Assembly: GCF_009914755.1 (NCBI RefSeq)
Contig: NC_060937.1
Direction: 5' to 3' (one strand)
DNA: 64,000 nucleotides
Source: the human T2T-CHM13v2.0 reference genome, Homo sapiens
The position numbers and the translations under genes are program-made. Shown in pieces: positions 14,050-30,104 of this stretch. The notes beneath the pieces were generated by a model. It saw only the letters and a list, made by a program, of their open reading frames with translations, made no database searches and had not been told where the DNA came from. The number at the start of each line of letters is the position of its first letter. Position 1 is the first letter of the stretch.

Positions 14050-14312
14050 CTTTTTTTGTTAATGTCAGACTTATTGAGGTAAAATGCACATACAGCCAAA
14101 TTTTGACAAATATACAGTAGTGTAACCATCACAACAATTAACATGGAACATTTCCATCACCCCAAAAAGTTCTCTCATATCCATTTGTAGTTAGTTCCTA
14201 TCCCCAGCCTCAGCCATTGGCAGTCTCTGATTCATATCCTATCCCTACAGTCTTGCCTTTTCCCGAATATCTTATAAATGAAATTATACAGTTTTTAGCC
14301 TTTTAAGATTGA
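14050..14312 (-). mobile_element. Old L1 (L1MB/MC/MD-type) 3' end
   Basis: ttattgaggtaaaatgcacataca...gtgtaaccatcacaacaatt...gaacatttccatcaccccaaaaagttctctc. Confidence 0.8.
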
Positions 14313-14469
14313 GTGGTATTCAAAGACCTGGGAACTTTTGCTAGAACTCTGGGAGCCACGATTGTCAAAGAAAGTACACCTTAAATAGGAGACTAAAAAG
14401 TGTGGCCAGAGAGGTAGACGGTATACAGAGAGGTTGTCTTACGTTTAAATAAAGAGATGCAAACACTTC

Positions 14470-14710
14470 GAGAGGAAAAGGAGAAATAGTGATAGGGATA
14501 GAGATTGTGATAGACAAAGACAGAGACTTCACAAGAGAGACAGAATTAGAGAGAGAGAGAGAGATGGACGAAAGAGAGAAAAAAACTAGGAGAGGAGAAA
14601 AGAGAAGAGAGGAGAGGAGGCAGAGTGAAAGGAAGAACAGGGAAGAGAAAGGAGAAAAAGAGAGAGGGGAGGGAAGGGAAGGGAAGGGGAGGGAGGGGGG
14701 GAGGGGACAG
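14470..14710. repeat. GA-rich polypurine low-complexity tract ending in G-runs
   Basis: Almost purely purine sequence; ggggagggaagggaagggaaggggagggagggggggagggg at 14666-14706. Confidence 0.85.
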
Positions 14711-14991
14711 GAGAATCAACATTGTCATACTATGGTTATGACAAACAAACAAATGCATCAGGCGTTTTAAGAATGAAGTGAAAGTAAGAAAGTAGGACTG
14801 CCCAATGGAGGCCAGTCTTCCAAGAGTTATATTTCTCTCTTTTTTCTAAATGCCTATGGCATTTTTCCCATCTTAATTGTGGTTCTTAGCAACTCTCAAC
14901 TGAATGATAGAGTTTTATTTAATGTCAGCATTCTGACATTGGCACTTACTATAAGGCATAGAAGATGGGAGATGTTGCATGAGTCACCAGT

Positions 14992-15125
14992 TCAATTAGA
15001 CCAGAAAGTCCTTAATGGCAAGATTTCTTAAAATTCACCTTTGTACCCAGCTCAGAGCATAGTACAGTGCCTGGTGAAGGGTGAATGTTTACCAATATGT
15101 GTCATATGTCTATGAGTGAATAAAT
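14992..15125 (+). mobile_element. L2 3' end
   Basis: ttcacctttgtacccagc...agtacagtgcctgg...tgagtgaataaat. Confidence 0.6.
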
Positions 15126-16889
15126 CCATTGATTAAAGATGCAGACAGAAATTCTGCTTTAAAAACCAAATCTGCACCCAGACATTCAAAGAGTAAATTT
15201 CATTGTTAATCTCTTTAGAAGATTCCTTAAATCCTTCATTTTGTATTATTTTCCCTCTTTTGGTCATTTTCTGGCTCATGTAAACAATGACATAACCCCC
15301 AAATTAGTTAACAATAAATAGGAATCAATACTAGACATAGATGAATGCACCTCTGAGAAAATTCAATCATTCTGGTTTGTGGACTATGAAATTACGTAGC
15401 ACCACCAAGGCATATGCCACAGAGCTTCATGCAATGTTCCTTCAATAAGGCATCATTAATTTCCTAACTCAGTGAGTGGAGCCCACCGTAGATGGTCATT
15501 TGTTTTGATGTTCTCCAATTACATGATATTATTCCTGCATTCATAAAAATAATGCCACTGACATGCCATCAATTGGCCATGCACTAGAGCCAGCTTTCAG
15601 CAGAGTGCAATGAATTCACTTACCATAGAAAGGCAGCCAGCTCAGGCTGTGGTAAGCTAATACCTTAGTCCAAGACAAACGTGTAGGCAAGTTGAAGAAA
15701 ACTCGCCACTGACACCGTCAACCCATAGACCACTGCCTGCTAAGTTAGCCGTGAAGCTTTCTGTTGCTTTTCTTTTTTTATTTTTATTTTTATTTTTAGA
15801 GAAATAGTGGCATGAAAACCACCTGCCAAGGCATACAATCCGGACAAAGTAAACCATCATAATTTCAAAGTTTCTATAAGTTCTACCTACTGACATCATG
15901 AAGTGACAAGCATAGTAACAGATCCATTACATTTACATCAGTCCAGAAGAACATTATGGAAACCAGAGGAAACATTTTAAAAGCAAGGCATCAGGTTTGA
16001 TAATTTTGTCTTTAAAAAATAATTTTCTCCTGATATGCTTCTAGGCTAAATTGCCTCTGCAAACTATTTTTAGTCTTTAGATGTGTGTGTTGGTGTGTCC
16101 GTGTGTGTGTGTGAGCCAATCAAAATTTTTCTGCTTGACAATAAAAAATAATCCTGCTTCTCCAAATCAGCCCCTAGAGAAGGTAAGAGAGTGGAGTACT
16201 CAGCTCCCTTTGGACTGACCTGGAGAAACCCCAGCCTAGCTCACCCTCCTGCTCATGGTGTGAGTTCCACCAGCGTTGGGAAGTGAACTGTTAGGGAATG
16301 GGTCTTTGGATCCTTGGTTTCTTAGGCAAGATAAGTCCTGTGAGAAGAATGCAGTTTTCCCAAAAGGGAATAGAGGATCTCATAGTGGAACACTCAGTCC
16401 AGAGTATGAACACTGCAGACAAATAAGTGAGCCTAAGAAATGGTGACTGACGGAAAGTGTTGTCTGACCCACATTCACCCTCCACCGACCCCAGGAAGAG
16501 AAAGCAGAATGTTCCTGGGCTGGACTATACAGTTGTTTTGGGCAAAAACCAGGTACAACTGGAAGTAAAGTAAGAGATGACCCATGGAGGAATCCAGAGT
16601 GGCTAGAGGAACATGGGACAAGAAGACGTGAAAGCTGAGCAGATGATTTAAGATCATACATAAAACAAACACAATTTCCAAATGCCCCGCAGATGTGCTG
16701 AATAAAGGGGATGGCATGGTAGAGGAAGGGCATGGTCCTCAGAGCACTGTAAGTGCATTACTAATAATTTTTTTCACAGTATCCCATAAAGTTCATTTGC
16801 TGCTGCTCACTATTAAACCCCATAATTGAGCTTTCTGTCTTGAAGAAAGCTGAATTATGACATTCCAAAGTAATTTCAATGTTAAGAAA

Positions 16890-17344
16890 TGTACTAGATT
16901 AATAGTGTCACTCAAAAATGATTGTCTACCCAGAACCACAAAATGTGACCTTATTTGGGAATAGAGTTTTGAAGATGTCGTCTAATTAAAATGAGGTCAT
17001 ACTAGATTAGGGTGGGCCCTAAGAAAATGACTGTCCTTTTAGGAAGAGAGATTTGAACAGGGAGTTATATGAAGAGGGAAGGTGATGTGAAGACAGGCAC
17101 AGAGATCACCATGTTACTGAAGAGATGCACCGACAAGACAAGGATACACCTATTGCCGACCATCACCAGAAGCTGGATAGAAGCAAGAAAGGATTTTCCC
17201 CTAAAATCTTCAGAGAGTGCATAATCCTGCTGATACTGTGACTTTAGGCTTCTAGCCTCCAGAACTCTGGGACAATAAGCTTCTGCTTTGTTAAGCCACC
17301 TAGTTTGGAATGCTTTGTTATGGTAGTCATAGGAAGCTAATATA
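16890..17344 (+). mobile_element. MLT1C-like MaLR solo LTR
   Basis: aatgtgaccttatttgggaatagag...aaatgaggtcatactagattagggtgggcccta...ctagcctccagaact...aagccacctagtttgg...ggaagctaatata. Confidence 0.85.
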
Positions 17345-18899
17345 ATAATTAACCCTGAAAATCACCCAAATCAAGATGTGAACAACTGTACTCTGGACGA
17401 ACTACTGAAATAATAGTTTCAATTAGAGCAATAGTAATATTGATCATGTATCAAAGAAAAATGCCTTATCTTTAAGACAAAAAGAAGAATATCCCACAAA
17501 ATGGATGGTGTATGTCTTGGCAGGAAGCAACGTGTATGTAGACTTGCCAAGTACATAGGATGACTAGCAGAAGTTTGGGTGGACTATTCATCCCAACAAT
17601 GAGCTTTCCAGGGCTGTGTTTTCTCATTGCCAAAATAAGATCAACAAAACTTCTTGTTGTATTTATTTCACATACTTTTGTTTTCATATAGATATTTTAA
17701 CATCAAATGAGAAAATGTTTTGGGGAAGTGGTCAGTAAATTGTATCTGTGCAGATATTAATTGCTTTTATTAATAAGCTTAAGGTTGTTTTTTGTTTCTT
17801 AATAGCATTGACACTTTGAGGATGATAATTCAGAGATGATTGGAAATGATAGGTCTTCAACTCTTCTGTAATAAAATGTTCAGCCTGAATCAAAATCATA
17901 ATGAGTGAGAAAAGTAGGTGCAAATAGATACCAGCAAACAACAAAAGAGAAAACCTTTAAAATTAAAAGTCAATTTACTTCTATAAACAACAATATGTTT
18001 CACAAATAAAGCTACAGGATGGAGCAAAAACATGCACTAAGATTAGACGGGGAATGATATGTTAAAATTGTGAATAAATGCAGAGTATGCAAAACGTAGC
18101 TATAAGTGCACACAATGCTATGAAAGTATTGTACACACATTATATGTATCTTTGCTTGAGGTATTCTCCAAAAGCCAGGAAATAACAGGAATCTCCACAG
18201 TCCTTGTAAAGAAAATATAAGGTTCACATCCAGATTAAAATGTTCTACACATTCTTTTGCCCATCAATAGCATTCAGCCCCTTGTTTCATATATTTTAGC
18301 TGCCCAAGAAATACTTTTGACTACATTTATAAGTATGATTAAGTACTGAGATTTAGTATTCCAAGATAATCCACAGTAGCCCTTCCTCCAAAAAAGCAAA
18401 GAATATGTTTCCTGAAGACTAATCACAAATCTCATATATGTTAAAACTTATCATGTTAAATCAATTTACTATTCCATCAAAAACTGTAAGAACTAGATTG
18501 CCAATGGAAACAGGAACTCAATATCCCTCAAGAGGAAATTTAATTCAATTAGTATTTGTTGAGAAATACATAAGATTTTTTTTAATCGTGGTTCATACAA
18601 GTGAAAGGGAAAATTACATATCGACATATATTAGTTTTTATTATAGTCAACATCATCTATTACATGGTCTGTTTTTATTATAGTCAAGGTCGTTTATTAT
18701 AGTCAATGGTCACTCACTCAGAGGAACCACTGAGTATAATAATCATTGAGTTATCCATGGTCATTCATAATCCCCAAACACTCTTGTCCTTAAAATCTTG
18801 CTTGTGTGGCCTCAGCCTCAGCATCAGACTTTGCTTTAATACCGGTCTCCTATTTTATTCTAAGCCCACTGCACCATATCAGTCCCATTAACTCTCACG

Positions 18900-19400
18900 C
18901 CCAACAAAATTGCACTCATTAAAAAGGGCAGGTGTAACAAGTAAAAACTCCTCCATCACCAACATCACCTGCCTCCCCACAGCCCCGCCTTCACTGCCAT
19001 CTACCCATCAAAGTTCCTTACACTGTGGGACTCTCATTCTCATCCTTACAGCACAATCTTTTGAAAGTCTTAAGAGTTTGCCTCCTCATCAACTCCAAGG
19101 ACCACCTCCTAGTCCTCATGCTTCTCACTTCTCTGTGATGCTTGGTGTTCCCAACCCCTCATCCCTGAAACTCACACTTCCTGACTCCCATCTTTTCTAT
19201 CTCCAGACTCCATCCACCTGGCACAGGCTCCTTGCTGAGTTTCTCTTCCTGAGACTTCGGATCTATAGTTGCCTTCCCTCCAGCTTCTGGCTTCAGCCCT
19301 ATTTCCTTACACCAGCTGTCTCAGTGACTTACCATTCTTCCAGTCTTTTCTTTTTCATTGAAGAGCCACATACCCCTGTGTGTCAGATTGCTTTCAAAAG
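18900..19400 (+). mobile_element. Degenerate L2 internal fragment
   Basis: CT-rich segment resembling the L2 ORF2 region (ctagtcctcatgcttctcacttctctgtgatgcttgg...cctgaaactc). Confidence 0.5.
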
Positions 19401-20606
19401 GACATTCTCCTGTATATTGTCTATTGGGTAATTTCTTTAAAATCTTTCAGGATAAACAGTGTTGAGTCCTTGTGTGTATACATTAATTTTAATTTATCTA
19501 TTTGTGTTGCTTTGTTAGTCCTTGAAATATATTAACCAGTAATCCATAATCTATATAGTAGCTACAGCAAATGCTTTAAATGCCTTATCTAAATTACACA
19601 GGTTTATTTATATAAACTATGCCAGAAATAAATTTGCATTGGTGAAATGCATAGTATTTGTGAAACATTTTATAGAGCCTCCTGTCCTTACATGATGAGA
19701 TAGAAAATATTGGAATACAGCGATCCTAGCAGCATGATAGCTTTAGGCAGCATGCCTACGGTTACCTTTAGCCTTTTTTGTGCCCCTAAAGCCCTCTCAT
19801 CTTCTGTACTTCCCACTTCCCTCACCCTACCCCTCAACTCCAGCTACAAAGGGAGAACTCTCCTGACTCGGCCAATCCTAAAGTCAAACTACCATTGCAT
19901 CAATCTGAGAATTAACCTTTCATGCAAAATGCTTCTCAGCATTTAAAAGACGGAGTGGAGATATTTCTGCACTTAAAAATCTCTCCTAGACATATCTTGT
20001 TTCCTTCCTGCTTGCTAATAATGTTTACCCTTTGGGAGGATTTCAGTCTGATAGTTACTTTAATCATAACTACCTCTGCTATAATAAGGATATAAATGCA
20101 TAATGAGGTAGAGACAGTCAGGTTGTAATGAAGAATATATGTAGCCCTTACCTACAAGTGAATTCCTAAGGGTTCCCTTACCATTGTTGAATGTTGGAGT
20201 TGGCTTAGATCAGCTCGCAAATCCAATCAAAACTTCACTGGTACTGAGGTCACCTAGTATGAGATCATGCAATTTTCCTTCTCTGCCCCTTCCCCATGCC
20301 CGAATCTTAAGGTATCTTACCTTCTTACCTTCCTCTATGGTAGACCCAGTCTGGAAGCATTTTAGGCCTCCTCTCTCCCCAACTTCTAGGCTGTGGGGAA
20401 CACATCTGCCTTGGCACTACCTTTGCCATTGGGCTCTGCCTTCCATTTGTTATGGGTTGAACCATCTTCCCCAAAGTGAAATATTGAAGTCCTAACCTCT
20501 TGTGCTTGTGAATGTGACCTTATTTGCAAATGAGGTCATTGCAGATGTCATCAAGTTAAGATTAGGTCATTAAGATGGGCCCTAATCCAGTATCACAGAA
20601 GTTCTT

Positions 20607-23090
<2,484 letters not shown>

Positions 23091-23339
23091 CTAGAGGTTC
23101 TAGGGGGAGTGTGGTCCTGCCGACACCTTGATATCAGCCTTCTGGCCATCAGGACTAGGAGAGAATCCACTTTTGTTATTTTAAGCCACCCAGTGTCTAC
23201 TACTTTTTCATGACATCCTGAGAAACTAATACAATTCCCAACATTGCTGTTCCTATTTAGCCCTCAGAACAAATCAGTGCTCAGTAATTGCTTGTTATAA
23301 AAACAACTAATGATTGGATGGCTCTGAGGCTGATCCTAT

Positions 23340-24305
<966 letters not shown>

Positions 24306-24522
24306 GCGAAAGATGAATTGAGGTTGTTTCAGTAAGATTCAACTGCCATATGATAATGAATTGGCATCAGTCTTCTTTATGAAAAGTTATCCATTGGCAT
24401 CTGCACACTCAGTTCCAAGTAAGTTACCAAGTGTCAGATCAGATACGAGAGAGGGACAAACAACAACAACAACAAAACTCATGTAATTGTTTGCCTTTGG
24501 GAAGATAATACATTAGTCCATT

Positions 24523-24524
<2 letters not shown>

Positions 24525-24568
<44 letters not shown>
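24525..24568. repeat. (GT)22 microsatellite
   Basis: Uninterrupted GT dinucleotide run of 44 bp. Confidence 0.97.
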
Positions 24569-24569
<1 letters not shown>

Positions 24570-25829
24570 TATACCTCACCTGGATAGGGATCAATGTTTC
24601 TGCCTTTTGGTAACTGCTCTTCTCAGCTTGTGACTCCTTACTTTCCCCATTTCATACTCTGCCTTCTACCTTTATTTTCCATCGCTTAACTTTTCCAAAT
24701 GAATATAGGGAATATATGAGTGTGCATATACACACACATTTGTATACATGCATATATTAACAAATATCCATTCACCATATGCCTAAAATGAGATATGCAC
24801 AGCTTCTTCTTTCATTAGCAAAATAGTTATTCCTATCTAAAAATATTTAATAAGAAACTGAGTATTTATTATAACCTGATCTCTCTTTATAATCCTTGGA
24901 ATTATTTTGCTATCATTCCACAGCACACAATCTGATATTTATTTTTGCAACTTATGGTAACAGTTCAGTAATGCTGGGTCCTGACTCAGTGATCGAATGC
25001 TGTTTTGTAAGAGCCTCTCAGTCCTTTCAGTGTTCAAGCTGGCCCAGTCACTGTGTGCAGCTGATTAACTGGAGTTCATATATTTTCCCCTTTATGCTCC
25101 GTGTGGCTTCTTGCTCTATGAATTTATCCTGGCTCAGCTAACCAACGCTCTTTCAAATGCTCCAAGCAAAAGGCTTTAATGTGAGAACTATGTTAGTATT
25201 TTTTTTTTTACAAAGTATGACAATTAAAAATAACTGTGGCAAGGTCCGGGAAATGAGTAGGAAGGAGGAAAAAAGAGTATTCACAAACATGCTTTCAAAA
25301 AATAAATTCTCAAACTAAGTACTTTTATTATGAAAGTCAGTGTTAAATGTGGACCAAATGACATCACTGGAAAAAAAGGGAAAACAATTCTCAAAAAAAG
25401 CAGTCAATCTAGTGTCCTTCTAGAAATATTAAATGCCATGTGAAAAAGGAACATTTACTGGGGTTTGCTGTAATAAAACCATGGACTGTAAATTATAATG
25501 ACTAATTCAGAATGTCTTTTAAGTTTGTTTCTAATCACTGAGTGATTTGACTTGAAATGGTTGTAGCTTCTCCTTCTCAGCCATCTATACTTATCAGTTT
25601 AAAACTGCATCTATACTTGCCATATAAAGCTGCATTCCTCATATCTGTCTGACACTTGTGTATTTCCAAGAAAATTGAGAGTTTAGGAAGATTCAGCCTC
25701 GAAATTTCCACCAATGCTCTCAGAATACGTAAGTATTCAGAGTTCAGCCTATAACGTTGACTCTCCTACTTTGTAAATTATTATTGTTTTGTTTTTTTAA
25801 AATTGTAAATGTCTCTTACACTTAAACTC

Positions 25830-25891
25830 TTTGGTATATACCCTCGTATTGTGATATACCCTCAGATCACAATATAAGGGTATATACCAAA
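25830..25891. repeat. Inverted repeat with 26-bp arms and a 10-nt loop
   Basis: tttggtatataccctcgtattgtgat-ataccctcag-atcacaatataagggtatataccaaa; 24 of 26 positions pair. Confidence 0.9.
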
Positions 25892-27568
25892 TAATAAATA
25901 ACATATGTTGAGTGGTCATTTATGCCTGTAGAATTGCTCATCAGGAATGTCACTAATAAGCTTTCCAGAATAAATAATAACAAATAATATCAGCAATGGA
26001 CTCCCTCCCTCTTCAGCCCAGCTCTCTTGGCTAGGGACTCAAGGCAGAATCAGATCCTAGAGCTTCATATGAAGCCATATGCTTTATTTTCTTCAAGTGC
26101 ATTTCTTAGAGATGCAATACCAACTTGATATTTGTTAATTACAAAAACAAAATATGCTTCGATTGTATAATCTTTGCAAAAGAAATATTCTCATTTACCC
26201 TAGTTGAGTAGCTTAGGGATCATCATAGATCATCATGTCATCATAGATCCTAGAAAATTAGACCAATAATTTCCACAGATATCATTAAGTTTAACCATTT
26301 AATTATGTCCATTCTGTGATTTCCATCTTCAGTTTTTATCAATAATATTATAGTTTTATAAATGACAAGGATGTTGACACTAATAAAATGGTAGTAAAAC
26401 ATGGAAACAATGGTTAGACTTCAAATATTTTGATTTACCTACCAGTAGGATAAATCCAAATTCCTCAAAGATTTATCTGTCTACCAAACTAATTTTCAGA
26501 GATAATGAACATTTAGCTCGTGTTTTCTTAAATCTTTATGGGATTGGCTTTACAGGTCACCATAAACACATTGGTTTGGCCTCCACTTATATGCACCAAT
26601 TTTTTCTGCTCCAAAGAGCATTTAAGAAGCAGAGCAGAACCCAGGTCTTTGCCTCCCCTTGAGAAGCTTAAGTCTAATTGAGAAATTGGAGTAAGAAAAT
26701 GTAAAATGAAGAGATACAGAGATTTTTTTAAAGTTACATTCACATTTTAAAGGAAATTATTTTTTCAAAGACTGTTTTAGCATAAACATTTTCTATGGAT
26801 TGTATTATTCTGGGAACATTATTAGTGACATTTCTGATGAGCAATTCTAAGGGTATAAATGACCACTCTAAGTATAATGGATAAAGTCACAGTAACAGGA
26901 GACAATGTTGGCAATCTCATTACTACACATCTTTTAAACTTCAATGGCACCATACTTATACTTGTACCTCTAAATTTAAATGTGAGTGGGGTCAATTAAA
27001 TTTATTTTTTCTGTAGCAAATTCCATTTGAAAGTATTGCCTGGATAAAACTCACTCCTGAGTCTAAAATGTAAGTCAGTAAAAGTCAAACAAATCTATAA
27101 AGATAAGCAGTCACACTAGTGAATGGCCGTTAATCGACATGCCCTTTTAGCATCCAACTTCAAGGATTATCCCCAAAATGATACTGCTATCATCATAAGT
27201 GAGTGTGCTTGAAAAACCAGTTTTATGAGGGATTTCAATTCTACATAACAACTGGAAGTCCATGTTTTTTAAAAATGACTTATTCAGATATTTTGTATCA
27301 TGTAGACCAATTCTCAAAAATGATTGTTTCATAACTTTGATTTGATTTCCATATTGACACATATTTTACATCTGCTATTTAGTACCTATCCAGGTGTACC
27401 TTGGTTTATAATTCTTTCCATTATATTACATTTTCATTCTCCTTTAATTAAACTGTTGGATAGCAATTCTTAATCCATTGGTGTGTTAGGACTCAACAAT
27501 TCATGCCAAATTTCTTCAGTTATGCTTAAATACAAAAATTTCTGCTGCCTGCTTTTTCTTTGCAATGA

Positions 27569-27570
<2 letters not shown>

Positions 27571-27614
<44 letters not shown>
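27571..27614. repeat. (AT)22 microsatellite
   Basis: Uninterrupted AT run of 44 bp. Confidence 0.97.
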
Positions 27615-27616
<2 letters not shown>

Positions 27617-28852
27617 TTAGCAAAATCAAAAGTATAGAAAATAAAACTCTTTGAAATACAAAAATAAGTAAAAATGAAAAATGGCAAGGATACAAATTGT
27701 TGCAAGTTAATAGTAAATCATAAACTGCTTTGCAAATACTAAAATTGAAAATGAACAAAATGGAACTGATACTTCTGAAATGAACATATGGTATCTTACC
27801 CTTTAATAAATGGGTGTTAGTATCAACAGCAAAAATGTAGAGAACACTTAGTCAAAACTAAAGCCAAACTACACACTAGATAAAATAAATTAAAGCAGTG
27901 CAAAAACAAAGAAAAAACACTCAAAATTTGTTGTTGTTGTTTTTGTTCAGATAGTAAAAACAAGTGTAATTTAAGGACCTGTAAAATCAGACATGGGGAA
28001 GTATTATTAAAGTAGATATAATGTAAGAGGTAAATAGTTAAATGATAGATGTTCCCCTTTTTTTCTTAAAGAACATCACTTTCTAAGACATCTCATCAAA
28101 TGAGTTCAACAAAACAGCCCACTGAGTGAGCTTTTTTGGGGAAACTCCAAGAATCCACAATCCCTCCAGTAGTCAAGACATGTTCCCCAGCAGAACCAGG
28201 AAGTTCACCAATCACCTGATAAAGAAAATTGATAACCTATTTAAAAATGTATCTTAATATACGCTTAGTCTGAAGGAACCCAGTAAACACCAGAATACAC
28301 TTAAGGTATGCTTCTTTCACTCTAAACATGTATAACTGTAGTGATATCTGATTCTAGACGCACACTTCACTAAAAATATAGACTGTATTATTGTGTACAA
28401 ATACAGTCAAGAAAACAAGCAGGAAATAGGACTAGAACTATAACATGCGTGTGGATGCATGTGTGTGTGCACACAAAGAACAAGAGAGATGATTTTCTTA
28501 AGGTCAGCAACATTGTCTATGGTTGATCAAAAAGTGATATTAATTTGCAAAATTAAAATTTGGTCAAACTTAGTATAGTAATTCCTAACAGTTTAATAAT
28601 TAAGGATTTCCTCTATTCTCCTCTGAACTTCGTGGTTTAAAAGGTTTTCCATCTTCCTTCTGAGAAAAACTGAATATATTTAGAATTAATGCATTTTCCA
28701 TTATATCAAAGACAAATTTAACTAAAACTACAGTAAACACAGAACATAGCCAATAAATGTTAAAAATGCTTGTTTAGTTAAGTGCTGTTTACACTGGAAT
28801 ATTTAAAGGAGTAGTGTGTATGTAGGATTCTGAAAACCAGTGTCAAACGCCA

Positions 28853-29060
28853 TTTGATTTAGAATCAAGAGATCCTGCTATAAATCTTAGTTCTCAAATT
28901 TACTGGTTGTAATTTCTTAAAGAAACTATTCAGACCCTCTTCAGGAACTTCAGTCTCTGTGTCAGTAAAACTAAAGACACCATCGCACCAGTATCACAGG
29001 GCTATTGTAAAAAAAATTTCTTTAAAGAATGTTGTATATGTTTTACGACGTATATAAACA
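28853..29060 (+). mobile_element. MIR SINE
   Basis: ttagaatcaagagatcctg...cttcagtctctgtgtcagtaaaa...tcacagggctattgtaa. Confidence 0.6.
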
Positions 29061-29699
29061 ACAGACACATATTAGTATTATACTTTGAAGCACTTTGATT
29101 AATATTTTTGGCTTATAGAAATAAACTGCAAATGATTAGATTATTCAAATTAATGGTGAAAGGGATTTTGCAGTTTTTTCAGCAAAGGTCCTTGCAAAAG
29201 AATAACATATCATGTAGTACAGGGACAGTATAGAAGCACACAAACAGCATCATAATAAAAAAGTCAGCAAAGACCTACCCTTAAGAATCCAGAAACACAA
29301 TAAGCAAATTACTGACCTCACCCATCTGTGTTCGCGTTTTGTGGCAATCCATGTGAAATAATGATGGCAAAAACACTGTCCTTACAAAATGCTGTTATTA
29401 GTAATTATCATAATAAAAGCAGTAGTAATGGAGATATACATGAGACAAGGGGTTAGAAAAATTTCAAAAATGTTCATATTCAAACCTACAAACAAATAGT
29501 AACATCGTATGAATTAAACTTAGATTCAAGTTCATAGTTATGAATTTACATTATGAATAAAGACTATGAATATCTATATAAATAAAGGAAAACTAGTATT
29601 AAGTAAAAGATGTAAAGAAAAATGTGCCTTCAAAATACCAAAGTGATTTACTTAGTCAACAAAGATTTATATACGAGTCTGTTTTAAGTACAGTAGGAT

Positions 29700-30100
29700 C
29701 AAAGTATAGATAAGAAATAACATCCAGTTCTGGCAAGGATAAAGAGAAATTGCCCTCTCACATATTTCCAGTAAATAGGCAAATTACTACATCTTCTTTG
29801 GAAAATATTCTGGAAATATCTTCTAAAATTAATAAAACATACAAACTTTGACCTGTCCCGTGTTTGAAATCTAGCCTGAAGAGATGAAAGATATGTGAAT
29901 AAGCATATATGCATAAGGATATTTACTGTAATATTGTTTATAGTTGCAAAATAACAACAGTAATAATTTTAGCAAATCTGAAAAAAGATATTAATCATGA
30001 GGGGAATATATTAAGAGTTTTTACTTTAAACATATTTAGTTAGGTCTATATATTCTGACCTGGAAAGAACTCCATGATATATTATTAAATAAAAAAGGAA
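29700..30100 (+). mobile_element. L1ME-type fragment
   Basis: ggcaaggataaagagaaattgccctctcacata...ctttggaaaata...ctttgacc...gcataaggatatttactgtaatattgtttatagttgcaaaa. Confidence 0.65.
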
Positions 30101-30104
30101 GTGG

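Noticed and set aside
14489-14770. Arg/Glu-rich ORF
   Set aside because: It is a translation of the GA-rich low-complexity tract.
18634-18711. CRISPR-like direct repeats
   Set aside because: Only three 15-17-bp copies with 20- and 4-bp spacers, and no cas genes.
18910-19431. 173-aa ORF, the longest outside L1
   Set aside because: It lies in a CT-rich decayed L2 where stop codons are scarce; Ser/Pro/Leu-biased with no domain.
24580-24700. Strong minus-strand donor CAG|gtgagg next to the (GT)22 repeat
   Set aside because: All three upstream frames contain stop codons and there is no good acceptor.
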